The notes below the pieces were generated by a model, which saw only the letters and a list, made by a program, of their open reading frames with translations, searched no databases and was not told where the DNA came from. DNA of 64,000 nucleotides. Origin: Oscillospiraceae bacterium. Lineage in GTDB: Bacteria > Bacillota > Clostridia > Oscillospirales > Acutalibacteraceae. Shown here piece by piece: positions 1-9,908 of this stretch. The translations under genes and the position numbers were made by a program. Every line of letters starts with the position of its first letter. Positions within the stretch are counted from its first letter, which is position 1. The DNA is taken from NCBI GenBank assembly GCA_029098185.1, contig JAQXNV010000017.1:66-64065 (forward strand), written 5' to 3'.

Positions 1-1
1 T

Positions 2-445
2 GTCGATGAATCCTGCGGTAAATGTACTGCCTGCCGGATCGGTACCCGGCGCCTGCTGGAGATCCTGGAGAAGATCACCTCCGGCAGAGGCGAGCATGGC
101 GACATTGAGCGTTTGGAGAGCCTTTCTTATTACATTAAGGAAAACTCTCTCTGCGCCCTGGGCCAGACTGCGCCAAACCCTGTTCTTTCTACCCTTCGCT
201 ATTTCCGGGATGAATATATTGCTCACGTGGAAGAGCATCGTTGTCCGGCCGGCGCCTGCAAAGCGCTGACCACCTACACCATCATCGAGGACAAATGCAA
301 AGGCTGTACGGCCTGCGCCAGAGTTTGTCCGGTTGGTGCCATCAGCGGCAGCGTAAAGCAGCCCCACGTTATCGACCAGGAGAAGTGCATCAAGTGCGGC
401 GCCTGCTTCGAGAAGTGCAAATTCGATTCTATCCTGGTCCGTTAA
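2..445 (+). CDS. hydB: NuoF-like flavoprotein subunit of a multimeric [FeFe]-hydrogenase, C-terminal part (5' end lies outside the window)
   Basis: The frame is open from nt 2 (VDESCGKCTACRIGT...). It has the SLCALGQTAPNPV motif of the NuoF/51-kDa family and two CxxCxxCxxxCP 4Fe-4S motifs. It sits directly upstream of hydA. Confidence 0.8.
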   Translation, partial: VDESCGKCTACRIGTRRLLEILEKITSGRGEHGDIERLESLSYYIKENSLCALGQTAPNPVLSTLRYFRDEYIAHVEEHRCPAGACKALTTYTIIEDKCKGCTACARVCPVGAISGSVKQPHVIDQEKCIKCGACFEKCKFDSILVR

Positions 446-463
446 GAAAGGGGGGTTCCAAGA

Positions 464-2206
464 ATGTATCAGATTAAAATTAACGATATTGCCTATTCCG
501 TACCGGAAGGTTCTACGATTTTGGAGGCCGCCAGATATGCCGGTATCAACATTCCGACGCTGTGTTACTTAAAGGACCTCAATGAGATCGGTGCCTGCCG
601 TGTCTGTGTTGTGGAGGTCAAGGGCGCCCGTTCTCTGGTAGCCGCCTGTATGTATCCCGTCAACGACGGCATGGAGATCTACACCAACAGCCCGGCCGTG
701 CTCGAATCGAGAAAAACGACGCTGCAATTGCTGTTGTCGGTCCACAACCGGAAATGCCTTTCCTGCGTCCGCAGCGGCAACTGTGAGTTCCAAACATTGT
801 GCCATGATCTGGGCGTCGAGGATGAGGGCGCTTACGACGGCGCATGGCCGGAGATTACCTATGATGACTCTACTGCCCACATGATCCGGGACAACAGCAA
901 ATGTGTCCTGTGCCGCCGCTGTGTGGCGGCCTGTGAGGGCCAGACAGCGGTCATTGGCCCCAACGGCCGTGGCTTTGATACCCATATCGCTTGCGCATTT
1001 GAGCAGGATCTGGCAGACGTAGCCTGTATTTCCTGCGGTCAGTGTATCGTCAATTGCCCCACCGGCGCATTGACGGAAAAGGACAGCACAGCAGAGGTCA
1101 TGGCAGCTATTGCCGACCCGGACAAGTTTGTCGTTGTGCAGACAGCGCCGGCCATCCGGGCAACCCTGGGCGAATGCTTCGATCTGCCCATTGGCACCAA
1201 TGTCAAGGGCAAGATGGTAGCGGCCCTGCGCCGTCTGGGCTTTGACCGTGTTTTTGATACCAATTTTGGCGCAGACCTGACCATTATGGAGGAAGGCACA
1301 GAATTTCTCCACAGAATGCAGGAGGGCGGCGTTCTGCCCATGATCACCTCCTGTTCTCCCGGATGGGTCAAGTACATCGAGTATTTCTATCCGGAGCTGC
1401 TGCCGCATCTGTCTAGCTGTAAGTCGCCCCAGTCGATGCAGGGCGCGGTGACAAAGAGCTGGTTTGCGGAAAAGGCCGGCATCGACCCGAAGAAGATCGT
1501 CAGCGTTTCGATCATGCCCTGTACGGCGAAGAAATTCGAGATCCATCGGGACGATATGAACGGCGCCGGGGAAGATTTGATGGACAACGATTATGTCCTG
1601 ACGACCCGGGAACTGGGTCGTCTCATCAAGCAGTGCGGCATTGACTTTGTGAACCTTCCCGACGAGGAATTCGATCCCTGCATGGACATCGCCAGCGGCG
1701 CCGGCGCGATCTTTGGCACAAGCGGCGGCGTAATGGAAGCTGCCCTGCGGACCGTTGCCGACAATCTTACCGGCGAGGATCTGAAGGCTGTCGATTATCA
1801 CGAAGTCCGGGGCATGGAGGAGATCAAGGAAGCCAGCTATGAGATCGCCGGTCAAACGATCAAGGTAGCCGTGGCCAGCGGCATGAAGAACGCCAAAGTC
1901 CTGTTGGAGAAGATCAAGCATGGCGAAGCGGACTATCAGTTCATCGAGATCATGGGCTGTCCCGGCGGCTGCATCAACGGCGGCGGCCAGCCGATCCAGC
2001 CGGCAGTGGTGCGCAATTTCACCGATTACCGTGGCAAGCGTGCTGAAGCGCTCTATGCGGAGGACAGGAATCTGCCGTTGCGCAAGAGCCATGACAATCC
2101 GCTGATCCAGCAGATCTACAAGGAATATCTGGGCGAGCCAGGCAGCGAAAAAGCACATCATCTGCTCCACACAACGTACATTGCCCGCCCAAAATATAAG
2201 AAATAA
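464..2206 (+). CDS. hydA: [FeFe]-hydrogenase catalytic subunit (2Fe-2S and 4Fe-4S N-terminal domains plus H-cluster domain)
   Basis: H-cluster signatures TSCSPGW, MPCTAKKFE and EIMGCPGGCINGGGQP are present, plus N-terminal ferredoxin-like Cys clusters. The RBS gaaagggggg lies upstream of the ATG. Confidence 0.93.
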   Translation: MYQIKINDIAYSVPEGSTILEAARYAGINIPTLCYLKDLNEIGACRVCVVEVKGARSLVAACMYPVNDGMEIYTNSPAVLESRKTTLQLLLSVHNRKCLSCVRSGNCEFQTLCHDLGVEDEGAYDGAWPEITYDDSTAHMIRDNSKCVLCRRCVAACEGQTAVIGPNGRGFDTHIACAFEQDLADVACISCGQCIVNCPTGALTEKDSTAEVMAAIADPDKFVVVQTAPAIRATLGECFDLPIGTNVKGKMVAALRRLGFDRVFDTNFGADLTIMEEGTEFLHRMQEGGVLPMITSCSPGWVKYIEYFYPELLPHLSSCKSPQSMQGAVTKSWFAEKAGIDPKKIVSVSIMPCTAKKFEIHRDDMNGAGEDLMDNDYVLTTRELGRLIKQCGIDFVNLPDEEFDPCMDIASGAGAIFGTSGGVMEAALRTVADNLTGEDLKAVDYHEVRGMEEIKEASYEIAGQTIKVAVASGMKNAKVLLEKIKHGEADYQFIEIMGCPGGCINGGGQPIQPAVVRNFTDYRGKRAEALYAEDRNLPLRKSHDNPLIQQIYKEYLGEPGSEKAHHLLHTTYIARPKYKK

Positions 2207-2324
2207 TCCAGTTTTCACCTCTCTTTTGGCAGGATACCCTGACGCTTTTACAGGAGCGCCAGGGTTTCTTTTTGCAATTTTTCGTGGTATAATGGGACAT
2301 ACTACTGCGAAAGGGGCATTCGGA

Positions 2325-3104
2325 ATGAAACGGGCTGGGCGGGTCAGCGCAACGATCCTTTTTTTGCTTTCGGCAATACTGCTCTTCTGGTTTTTGCTGC
2401 CCCTCACCAGCGGGATCTTCGATCTTGGCAACGGACTGGGGATAGCCTTTTCGCTGTCCTCCGTGGCAGTTATTGGGCTGGTCGTCCGATGGAACCGGCA
2501 GGGAAGGAGGAAGCGTGCCATGCTATTGACTTGGATCGGCGGGATCATCGCGGGGATTATTTTGGCGTGGGCCGCTGTGCTCAGCGGACTGATGATCTCC
2601 GGCGCTATGGAAAAACCCCATTCTCCGCAAGCTACGGTGGTGGTGCTGGGGTGCAAAGTCAAGGGCGAAACGCCCAGCCTGCATCTGTCCCGGCGCATCG
2701 AGGCAGCAGCAGAATACTTAAAGGCCCACCCGGATGCCCATTGTGTTGCCAGCGGCGGCAAAGGAAACGGTGAGCGGATCTCCGAAGCAGAGGCCATCGC
2801 CAGAGGACTGACCGCAGCAGGGATCTCCCCGGAGCGGATCGCGCTGGAGGATGCTTCTGTCAACACGCTGGAAAACCTGACCTTTTCCAAAGCGCTGATC
2901 GAACAGCAGGGCTGGGACCCGGAGCTGGTGCTCATTACCGATGACTTTCACCAGTACCGGGCCGGGCATATCGCAAAAGGTTTGGGCTTGACTGTGAGCC
3001 CTGTCAACGCAAAGCATACCTGGCACACCTTTCCGGCAAACTACGCCCGGGAATTGCTGGCCATTACAAAAGAATTGCTCTTTCCCGCAAAAAGTACTTC
3101 TTAG
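2325..3104 (+). CDS. Membrane-anchored DUF218 (YdcF/SanA/ElyC-like) protein
   Basis: Three hydrophobic N-terminal segments precede VVVLGCKV...ASGGKG...LITDDFHQYRA, typical of DUF218. I chose the ATG at 2325 (RBS gaaagggg) rather than the ORF-track start at 2181, which overlaps hydA. An extended -10 (TGGTATAAT) lies at 2285-2293. Confidence 0.72.
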   Translation: MKRAGRVSATILFLLSAILLFWFLLPLTSGIFDLGNGLGIAFSLSSVAVIGLVVRWNRQGRRKRAMLLTWIGGIIAGIILAWAAVLSGLMISGAMEKPHSPQATVVVLGCKVKGETPSLHLSRRIEAAAEYLKAHPDAHCVASGGKGNGERISEAEAIARGLTAAGISPERIALEDASVNTLENLTFSKALIEQQGWDPELVLITDDFHQYRAGHIAKGLGLTVSPVNAKHTWHTFPANYARELLAITKELLFPAKSTS

Positions 3105-3114
3105 CGGGCATCGG

Positions 3115-3140
3115 CCTCCACTTCAGGGTGGAGGTTTTTT
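3115..3140 (+). terminator. Rho-independent terminator after the DUF218 gene
   Basis: CCTCCAC-ttcagg-GTGGAGG stem followed by TTTTTT. Confidence 0.8.
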
Positions 3141-3259
3141 GCGAAGAAAAACGGTGAACTTCGTCTTTTCTAGTGCAATTCTCATGAATTTATGCTATAA
3201 TCGTACAGAATAGAGTTTTTATGCCCTTTTATACACTTTTGAGAGAACGGAGTGGTTTT

Positions 3260-4543
3260 TTGCGTAAGATTTTAATCCAAAACGGAACACTGATCGACCC
3301 GAAAACAGAGCAGGTGCAGCAGGGTGACATCCTGGTAGAGGATGGCGTCATTGCAGCTATCGGGCAGGATCTGCCAGAGGAGGGCGCCCAGGTCATCGAC
3401 GCCACAGGCTTAGTGGTAGCGCCGGGACTGATCGATATGCACGTTCATCTGCGGGATCCAGGCCAGACGAAGAAGGAGGACATCTACACCGGATGCAAAG
3501 CGGCGGCGGCCGGCGGCGTGACGGGAATGCTGGCCATGCCCAATACCTATCCCACCATCGATTCCCCGGAGACCATCCGCTACATTCTGGATAAAGCGGA
3601 GGAAGCTGACAGCCGGGTGTATGTGGCGGCGGCCATCACCCACAATTTGGAGAGCGGCGAGCTCAATGATCTGAAAGCCTTGCGGGATGCCGGCGCGGTG
3701 GCCCTCAGCGATGACGGCAGGCCGGTAAAAAATACCCGCTTTATGGCACAGGCCATGAAGGAAGCGCCAACGCTGGGGATGCGGGTCGTGTCCCACTGCG
3801 AGGATTTAGACCTGGCCAAAGGCGGCATCATGAACGAGGGAGAGGTTTCCCGGGATCTGGGCGTGCCGGGCATTCCGGCAGCGGCAGAGGATTGCGGCAC
3901 TGCCAGAGAGATCGCCTTGGCAGCAGCGTACAACGTTCCCATTCACATCTGCCACGTCAGCACCAGAACGTCAGTAGCCCTGATCCGGGACGCAAAACGC
4001 CGGGGCGTGCAGGTTACGGCGGAAACAGCGCCCCACTACCTGACCCTGACCGATGAAGCGCTGCGGACGATGGACGCAAATTATCGGATGAATCCGCCCT
4101 TGCGGACAGAAGCGGATCGTCTTGCCATGATCGAGGGCATTCAGGACGGCACCATCGACGCCATTGCCACAGATCATGCCCCCCATACGCCGGAGGAAAA
4201 ATCGGACTTTCGCAAAGCGCCCAACGGCGTCATCGGCATGGAGACCTCGTTTGCGGCCAGCTATACCGCACTGGTGCACAGCGGCATTTTGACGCTGCCT
4301 CGCCTGCTGAGAGTCATGTCGTACAATCCGGCGAAGATCCTGGGGATCCCCGGCGGTGTTCTGCAGGTTGGGGAGATCGGCGATCTGATCCTCATTGACG
4401 AAAATCAGCAGTGGATCGTCGATGAAAACAAGCTTCACGGCAAGAGCAAGAACGCCGTGTTTAAAGGCGCCGCGCTGCAGGGTAAGGTCAAGCTGACCAT
4501 CTGTAAGGGCCGTGTCGTTTATCAGGATGAAACAGAAGCATAA
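3260..4543 (+). CDS. pyrC: Dihydroorotase
   Basis: DMHVHLRDPG and ATDHAPH metal-ligand motifs are present. The likely start is the TTG at 3260 (RBS acggagtgg), which gives an N-terminus RKILIQNGTLIDP typical of the family. The ATG at 3221 is an alternative with a weak RBS. Confidence 0.9.
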   Translation: MRKILIQNGTLIDPKTEQVQQGDILVEDGVIAAIGQDLPEEGAQVIDATGLVVAPGLIDMHVHLRDPGQTKKEDIYTGCKAAAAGGVTGMLAMPNTYPTIDSPETIRYILDKAEEADSRVYVAAAITHNLESGELNDLKALRDAGAVALSDDGRPVKNTRFMAQAMKEAPTLGMRVVSHCEDLDLAKGGIMNEGEVSRDLGVPGIPAAAEDCGTAREIALAAAYNVPIHICHVSTRTSVALIRDAKRRGVQVTAETAPHYLTLTDEALRTMDANYRMNPPLRTEADRLAMIEGIQDGTIDAIATDHAPHTPEEKSDFRKAPNGVIGMETSFAASYTALVHSGILTLPRLLRVMSYNPAKILGIPGGVLQVGEIGDLILIDENQQWIVDENKLHGKSKNAVFKGAALQGKVKLTICKGRVVYQDETEA

Positions 4544-4558
4544 AAGGAGAGAAATCGT

Positions 4559-5488
4559 ATGTCAATGGATCGACTCATTGAGGGCATCCTCAAAACACAA
4601 AACCCAACGGTAGCGGGTCTGGACCCAAAACTTAGCTATATTCCGGAGCACATCAAAGCAGAGTGCTTCCAGAAATACGGCAAGACCTTGGACGGTGCGG
4701 CGGCGGCTCTGCTGGCGTTTAATCGAGGGCTCATCGACGCTTTGTGCGACATTGTGCCGGCGGTGAAGCCCCAGTGCGCTTACTACGAAATGTACGGCTG
4801 GCAGGGCATGAAAGCGCTCCATGACACCATTGCGTATGCCCGGGAAAAAGGGATGTTCGTCATCACAGACGGCAAGCGCAACGATATTGGCAGCACCATG
4901 GAAGCCTATGCCACAGCCCATTTGGGCAAGGTGGACGTAGAAGGAGAATTGCAGATTCCCTTTGACGGCGACTGCTTGACGGTCAACGGCTATCTTGGCT
5001 CCGATGGCATCGTGCCCCTGCTGAACATCTGCAAGGAGCAGGATAAGGGCATCTTTGTCCTGGTCAAAACGTCCAACCCTTCCTCCGGCGAACTGCAAAA
5101 CCTGAAGCTGGAGGGCGGCGATACCGTCTATCTCACCATGGGCAAGAAGTGCGAGCAGTGGGGTGAGAGCACCATGGGCAAGTACGGCTACAGCGGCGTA
5201 GGCGCTGTGGTGGGCGCAACGTATCCGCAGCAGTTGGGCGAGCTGCGCTCTGCCCTCAAGACGACCTTCTTCCTGGTGCCGGGTTACGGCGCCCAGGGCG
5301 GCGGTGCCGACGATGTTCTGCCGGCCTTTGACGAAAAGGGCCTGGGCGCAGTCATCAATTCCTCCAGAGGGATCATGTGCGCTTACCAGAAAAGGGGATT
5401 GCCCGGCGAGGATTTTGCAAAAGCGGCCCGGGAAGAAGCTATCCGGATGCGGGATGAGATCGTGGGCAAGCTGGGGAAGATCGGCTGA
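4559..5488 (+). CDS. pyrF: Orotidine-5'-phosphate decarboxylase (long, type 2 form)
   Basis: DGKRNDIGST and KTSNPSS motifs, RBS aaaaggagag, and position within the pyr operon. Confidence 0.9.
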   Translation: MSMDRLIEGILKTQNPTVAGLDPKLSYIPEHIKAECFQKYGKTLDGAAAALLAFNRGLIDALCDIVPAVKPQCAYYEMYGWQGMKALHDTIAYAREKGMFVITDGKRNDIGSTMEAYATAHLGKVDVEGELQIPFDGDCLTVNGYLGSDGIVPLLNICKEQDKGIFVLVKTSNPSSGELQNLKLEGGDTVYLTMGKKCEQWGESTMGKYGYSGVGAVVGATYPQQLGELRSALKTTFFLVPGYGAQGGGADDVLPAFDEKGLGAVINSSRGIMCAYQKRGLPGEDFAKAAREEAIRMRDEIVGKLGKIG

Positions 5489-5517
5489 GACAACGGAAGA
5501 AAGCAAGGAGAGATTCG

Positions 5518-6279
5518 ATGAAATACGATGTAAAACAATGCAAGATCCTAAGTAAGCAGGAACTTACTAAAGGCATCTTCAGTTTTGTGGTACAGGCAGG
5601 GGAGATGGCCAAAACGGCACAGCCGGGCCAATTTGCTAATCTTTTGGCGCCAGGGAAAACACTGCGCCGGCCCATCTCCATCTGTGAGATCGACAAAGAG
5701 CAGGAAACACTGCGCTTTGTTTTTGAGATCCGCGGCGAAGGCACACAGCTTCTGTCAGAATTTGCCGTAGGCGATAGCTTTGACATCCTGGGGCCTCTGG
5801 GCAACGGCTTTCAGCTTGGCGACACCAAACGCAAAGCCCTGTTTGTGGGCGGCGGCATCGGTGTTCCGCCTCTGCTCCAGGGGGCAAAAGCCTTTGGGGA
5901 GAACGCCACTGTTGTGCTGGGGTTCCGCAGCCAGAACGCCATGATCCTCCGGGAAGATTTTGAACAGGCCGGCTGTAAGGTCATCGTGGCCACAGATGAC
6001 GGCAGCTACGGTCATCACGGCCTTGTCACCGACTGTATTGGCGATGTGGAAGCCGACGTCATTTTTGCCTGCGGTCCCATGCCCATGCTCAAAGCGCTGA
6101 CAAAGGTGGCCGATGACAGAAAGATCGAATGTCAGATCTCTCTGGAAGAGCGGATGGCCTGCGGCATCGGCGCTTGCCTTGGCTGTGCCTGCCGCATCCG
6201 CCGGGAGGATGGCAGCGAGACCTTTGGCCACGTTTGCAAGGACGGCCCGGTGTTTGATTATCATAAGGTCGTATTTTAG
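5518..6279 (+). CDS. pyrK: Dihydroorotate dehydrogenase B electron-transfer subunit
   Basis: FAD/NAD-binding fold (RRPISI, GGGIGVPP) and the C-terminal 2Fe-2S motif CGIGACLGCAC. It sits directly upstream of pyrD. Confidence 0.9.
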   Translation: MKYDVKQCKILSKQELTKGIFSFVVQAGEMAKTAQPGQFANLLAPGKTLRRPISICEIDKEQETLRFVFEIRGEGTQLLSEFAVGDSFDILGPLGNGFQLGDTKRKALFVGGGIGVPPLLQGAKAFGENATVVLGFRSQNAMILREDFEQAGCKVIVATDDGSYGHHGLVTDCIGDVEADVIFACGPMPMLKALTKVADDRKIECQISLEERMACGIGACLGCACRIRREDGSETFGHVCKDGPVFDYHKVVF

Positions 6280-6291
6280 GAGGGACAGCAA

Positions 6292-7203
6292 ATGGCAGAT
6301 ATGAAAGTAACGGTAGCGGGCGTTGATTTTTCCAACCCCATCATCGCTGCCTCCGGCACCTTTGGATTTGGCCGGGAATATATGGAATTTTATCCCCTGA
6401 GCACATTGGGCGGTATTTCGTGTAAGGGCATCACGCTCCATGAGCGGGCAGGCAATCCGCCGCCCCGTATTGCGGAAACACCGGGCGGAATGCTCAATGC
6501 GGTGGGACTGCAAAATCCCGGCGTCGATTATTTCATCGAGCACGATCTGCCCTGGCTCAAGACCCAGGGCACCACGATCATCGCCAACATCGCCGGCAAT
6601 ACCTATGAAGATTACTGCGCCATGGCAGAAAAGCTGTCCGATACCGATGTGGATATGCTGGAGCTGAATATTTCCTGCCCCAACGTAAAAGAAGGCGGCG
6701 TCCAGTTTGGCACCTCTTGCCTGGGCGTAGAGGAGATCACGAAGCAGGTCCGCGCCCACTGCAAAAAGCCGCTGATGGTCAAGCTTTCTCCAAATGTCAG
6801 CGACATCGGAGAGATCGCCGCGGCAGCGGAGCAGGGCGGCGCAGACGCCATCTCCATGATCAATACCATCACCGGTATGCGCATCGACATCCGCACCCGG
6901 CGGCCCATTATCCGCAACAATACAGGTGGACTGTCCGGCCCGGCGCTGCTGCCGGTGGCTGTCCGCATGATCTCCCAGGCGTATCAGCGGGTGAAGATCC
7001 CCATCGTGGGCATGGGCGGCGTCAGCAAATGGCAGGATGCCGTAGAGCTGATGCTGGCCGGTGCTGCCGCGCTGCAGGTGGGCACAGCGTTCTTTACGAA
7101 CCCCTATGCGCCGGTAGAGATTTTGGAAGGACTGGAAGCATATCTTGATGAAAATCACATTGCTTCCGTTACAGAATTGACAGGAAAGGTGCAGCTTTGG
7201 TAA
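6292..7203 (+). CDS. pyrD: Dihydroorotate dehydrogenase B catalytic subunit
   Basis: NISCPN, GGLSGPA and GMGGV motifs; RBS taggaggg. Confidence 0.92.
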   Translation: MADMKVTVAGVDFSNPIIAASGTFGFGREYMEFYPLSTLGGISCKGITLHERAGNPPPRIAETPGGMLNAVGLQNPGVDYFIEHDLPWLKTQGTTIIANIAGNTYEDYCAMAEKLSDTDVDMLELNISCPNVKEGGVQFGTSCLGVEEITKQVRAHCKKPLMVKLSPNVSDIGEIAAAAEQGGADAISMINTITGMRIDIRTRRPIIRNNTGGLSGPALLPVAVRMISQAYQRVKIPIVGMGGVSKWQDAVELMLAGAAALQVGTAFFTNPYAPVEILEGLEAYLDENHIASVTELTGKVQLW

Positions 7204-7886
7204 TGACACGAATCATATTAGTACGCCACGCCGAGGCCCAGGGCAACGCCCAGCGGATGTTTCAGGGCCATAGCAATGCCGCCATCAGTGAAAAGGGACG
7301 CAAGCAGTTAGCGCTTTTGTCTATCCGATGCCGCAATATGGCCCGGGACGCCATTTATACTAGTCCGCTGCGCCGGGCAAAGGAGACCGCCGAAGCCATC
7401 AATCAATTTCGCCCGGTGCCGCTGTATTTTCGAGAAGGCTTAATGGAGATCAACGGCGGCGTCTGGGAGAACAAACCATGGAAGGATCTGCCGGAGCTGT
7501 ATCCGGAAGAAGCCCGCCATTGGAACGAGGAGCCGTGGGCTTTTGCGCCGGAAGGCGGCGAGACCATGACCCATCTATACAATCGGATCTACAGCGCAGT
7601 GTTGCAGATCGCCCGGGAAAACCAGGGCAAAACGGTCTTTGTCGTGTCTCATGGCTGTGCCATCCGCAATTTGTTGTGCCGGCTGAAATATAACGACATC
7701 AACCGTCTCAACGACGTTGCATGGTGCGATAATACGGCCATCAGCTACATTGATTTTGACGAGGATCTCCGTCCCACCCTGACCATGGAAAGCGATGCTT
7801 CTCACCTGGATGAAACCACCTCCACTTTGGCCCATCAGGTCTGGTGGCGCCCCGAATACCGGGGCAAAAAGGAGGCCTGGCAATGA
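7203..7886 (+). CDS. Histidine phosphatase family protein (phosphoglycerate-mutase-like)
   Basis: N-terminal LVRHAEAQGN (RHG motif) and VSHG. The ATG at 7203 overlaps the pyrD TAA (TAATG). Confidence 0.8.
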   Translation: MTRIILVRHAEAQGNAQRMFQGHSNAAISEKGRKQLALLSIRCRNMARDAIYTSPLRRAKETAEAINQFRPVPLYFREGLMEINGGVWENKPWKDLPELYPEEARHWNEEPWAFAPEGGETMTHLYNRIYSAVLQIARENQGKTVFVVSHGCAIRNLLCRLKYNDINRLNDVAWCDNTAISYIDFDEDLRPTLTMESDASHLDETTSTLAHQVWWRPEYRGKKEAWQ

Positions 7887-8305
7887 AGATCATGGCAGTA
7901 GACCTGGGGAAAGCCCGGACTGGCCTGGCGGTGTGTGATGAAGGGGAGCTGCTCGCTTCTCCGCTGACCGTTCTGCCTTCCTACAATCAGGAGAAACTGC
8001 TGGAACAGATCGCGTTGCTGGCAAAAGAACAGGGCACACAACTGCTGGTCGTGGGGCTGCCGCTGAATATGGACGGCACAAAAGGAGAAAGCGCGCAAAA
8101 TGCGCTGGCCTTTGCACAAACGCTGCGGCAGCGCACCGGATTGCCTGTGGAGATGAAGGATGAGCGGGGCACCACCATCAGCGCCCACAATTACCTGAAC
8201 ACGACAGATACAAGGGGCAAAAAGCGGAAGGCCGTCGTTGACGCCGTAGCCGCAACGATCATTCTCCAGGACTATCTGGACTACCGGCGCAACCAGCGCA
8301 AATAA
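7883..8305 (+). CDS. ruvX: Holliday junction resolvase-like protein RuvX/YqgF
   Basis: MKIMAVDLGKARTGLAV N-terminus, RBS aaaaaggagg, and an ATGA overlap with the upstream stop. Confidence 0.88.
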   Translation: MKIMAVDLGKARTGLAVCDEGELLASPLTVLPSYNQEKLLEQIALLAKEQGTQLLVVGLPLNMDGTKGESAQNALAFAQTLRQRTGLPVEMKDERGTTISAHNYLNTTDTRGKKRKAVVDAVAATIILQDYLDYRRNQRK

Positions 8306-8337
8306 AAAGATCCACATCCCAGCGATGTGGATTTTTT
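8305..8337. terminator. Bidirectional terminator between ruvX and the convergent membrane-protein gene
   Basis: ATCCACAT-cccagcg-ATGTGGAT stem flanked by an A-tract and a T-tract. Confidence 0.8.
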
Positions 8338-8713
8338 ACTTGTGGCAAAAGGGGAGCTTTCGGCATAACCGGCACAGTCCCACTGCCGGGATGGATAAAA
8401 AGAACCATAGGATCGTAAAGGGGAGACAGATCTGTCCCAGCAGGTTGCCGGGGACATGGGAATAATCCCAGACCTTTCGATGGCCGATGAGGTTGAGCGC
8501 CACGCCAAAACCAAATTCCACAGCGGTGATGCAGATAGCGCAAAGGGCACATTGCTTCCACAGGGGACGGCGAGCGTTATCACAAGTCCGGTCGATGAGA
8601 CAAAGGCATATGCCGCCGGCCAATCCCATAGCCCGATGGGTCCAGCCCCGCCAGGCAATCTCCAAAAGGGGATACAAGACCCCGCCTGTGCAAAATAATA
8701 AGAGACGCCGCAT
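8336..8713 (-). CDS. Small polytopic membrane protein (resembles the DUF1113/CmpB-like family)
   Basis: 125 aa with four hydrophobic segments and a VWDYS motif. RBS aggaggg lies 7 nt upstream of the ATG. Confidence 0.6.
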   Translation of the reverse strand: MRRLLLFCTGGVLYPLLEIAWRGWTHRAMGLAGGICLCLIDRTCDNARRPLWKQCALCAICITAVEFGFGVALNLIGHRKVWDYSHVPGNLLGQICLPFTILWFFLSIPAVGLCRLCRKLPFCHK

Positions 8714-8886
8714 GATGGATCCCTCCTAAGTTGTGACTACAAGTAGTATCGACCGTTGGGTGTCCTTTATGCGCTGGCGGGAATTTCATAGAAAATCAGC
8801 GGGTTTCGCACCTTTTTTGATGCACAGTATTGTCATTTGTGGTATACTATACTTATATCGTTTCTGAAAAGAAAGGAAGCATTGAG

Positions 8887-9903
8887 ATGAAGATCTTGGT
8901 TACCGGCGGTGCCGGATATATTGGAAGCCATACCTGTGTCCAGCTTTTGCAGGCGGGACATGAGGTGGTGATCGTTGATGATCTGAGCAATAGCCATCGT
9001 GCTGTGATCCATCGCATAGAATCCCTGGGCGGCAGTCCTGTGCGTTTTTATGAAGAGGATGTCTGCGATAAAAAAGCCCTCTCCCGTATTTTTGCGGTGG
9101 GACATTTTGACGCCGTCATCCATTTTGCCGGCTACAAAGCGGTAGGCGAGTCGGTGGAACAGCCTTTGCGCTACTACCGCAATAATCTGGACAGTACCCT
9201 GACCCTGTTAGAGGTCATGGAGAAATTCAGCGTTCACAATTTGATTTTCAGTTCCTCCGCTACGGTTTACGGAGAATCACAGGTCATGCCGATCACGGAG
9301 GACCAGCCTCTGGGCGAAACGACCAACCCTTACGGTACGTCCAAAAAGATGCAGGAGCAGATCCTCATGGACATTGCCAAGGCAGACCCATCCTTCAACC
9401 CGATCCTGCTTCGGTATTTTAACCCGGTGGGCGCCCACGAAAGCGGCGAGATCGGCGAGGACCCCAACGGGATCCCCAACAATCTGATGCCATACATTTC
9501 TCAGGTCGCCATCGGCCATCTGGAAAAGCTCCGGGTCTTTGGCGACGATTACCCCACGCCGGACGGCACCGGTGTCCGGGATTACATTCATGTGGTAGAT
9601 CTGGCAGCAGGACACGTTGCGGCGCTGCAATTGTTCCAGCAAAACTGCGGCTTACAGATCTACAATCTGGGTACGGGCAGAGGCTATTCCGTGCTGGAGG
9701 TCCTTCACGCCTATGAACAAGCGGTGGGGAAGGAACTGCCTTATGAGATCGTCGGCCGTCGGGCCGGAGATATTGCCATCTGTTATGCGGACCCGGAAAA
9801 AGCGGCCAGAGAACTGCATTGGCGGGCGGAGAGAACGCTGGAGCAGATGTGTCGCGATGCCTGGAATTGGCAGACAAAAAACCCGAATGGATACAAGGAG
9901 TGA
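8887..9903 (+). CDS. galE: UDP-glucose 4-epimerase
   Basis: MKILVTGGAGYIGSH Rossmann motif and the YGTSK catalytic motif. An extended -10 (TGGTATACT) lies upstream. Confidence 0.92.
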   Translation: MKILVTGGAGYIGSHTCVQLLQAGHEVVIVDDLSNSHRAVIHRIESLGGSPVRFYEEDVCDKKALSRIFAVGHFDAVIHFAGYKAVGESVEQPLRYYRNNLDSTLTLLEVMEKFSVHNLIFSSSATVYGESQVMPITEDQPLGETTNPYGTSKKMQEQILMDIAKADPSFNPILLRYFNPVGAHESGEIGEDPNGIPNNLMPYISQVAIGHLEKLRVFGDDYPTPDGTGVRDYIHVVDLAAGHVAALQLFQQNCGLQIYNLGTGRGYSVLEVLHAYEQAVGKELPYEIVGRRAGDIAICYADPEKAARELHWRAERTLEQMCRDAWNWQTKNPNGYKE

Positions 9904-9908
9904 CACTG

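Noticed and set aside
569-2935. A 788-aa minus-strand ORF antisense to hydA and the DUF218 gene. Similar long antisense ORFs occur at 4562-5506, 5755-7209, 31404-32402, 35954-36928, 47144-48010, 48007-48978 and 59489-60505.
   Set aside because: These are shadow ORFs typical of GC-rich coding DNA. Their products are Ala/Arg/Gly/Leu/Gln/His-rich with no recognisable motifs and no RBS. Each lies opposite a gene with unambiguous family signatures.
3141-3259. A PyrR-binding attenuator in the pyrC leader.
   Set aside because: I could not find the conserved PyrR loop (ARUCCAGAGAGGYU-like). There is no terminator/antiterminator pair, and no pyrR gene is in the window.
9819-9908. N-terminal extensions from the ORF track that overlap the preceding gene: the pepV-like gene from 9819, the radical SAM gene from 57567, ruvX from 7844, and the DUF218 gene from 2181.
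   Set aside because: The extensions overlap the preceding conserved genes in another frame and lack an RBS. Downstream starts with good SD spacing give N-termini that match the families.
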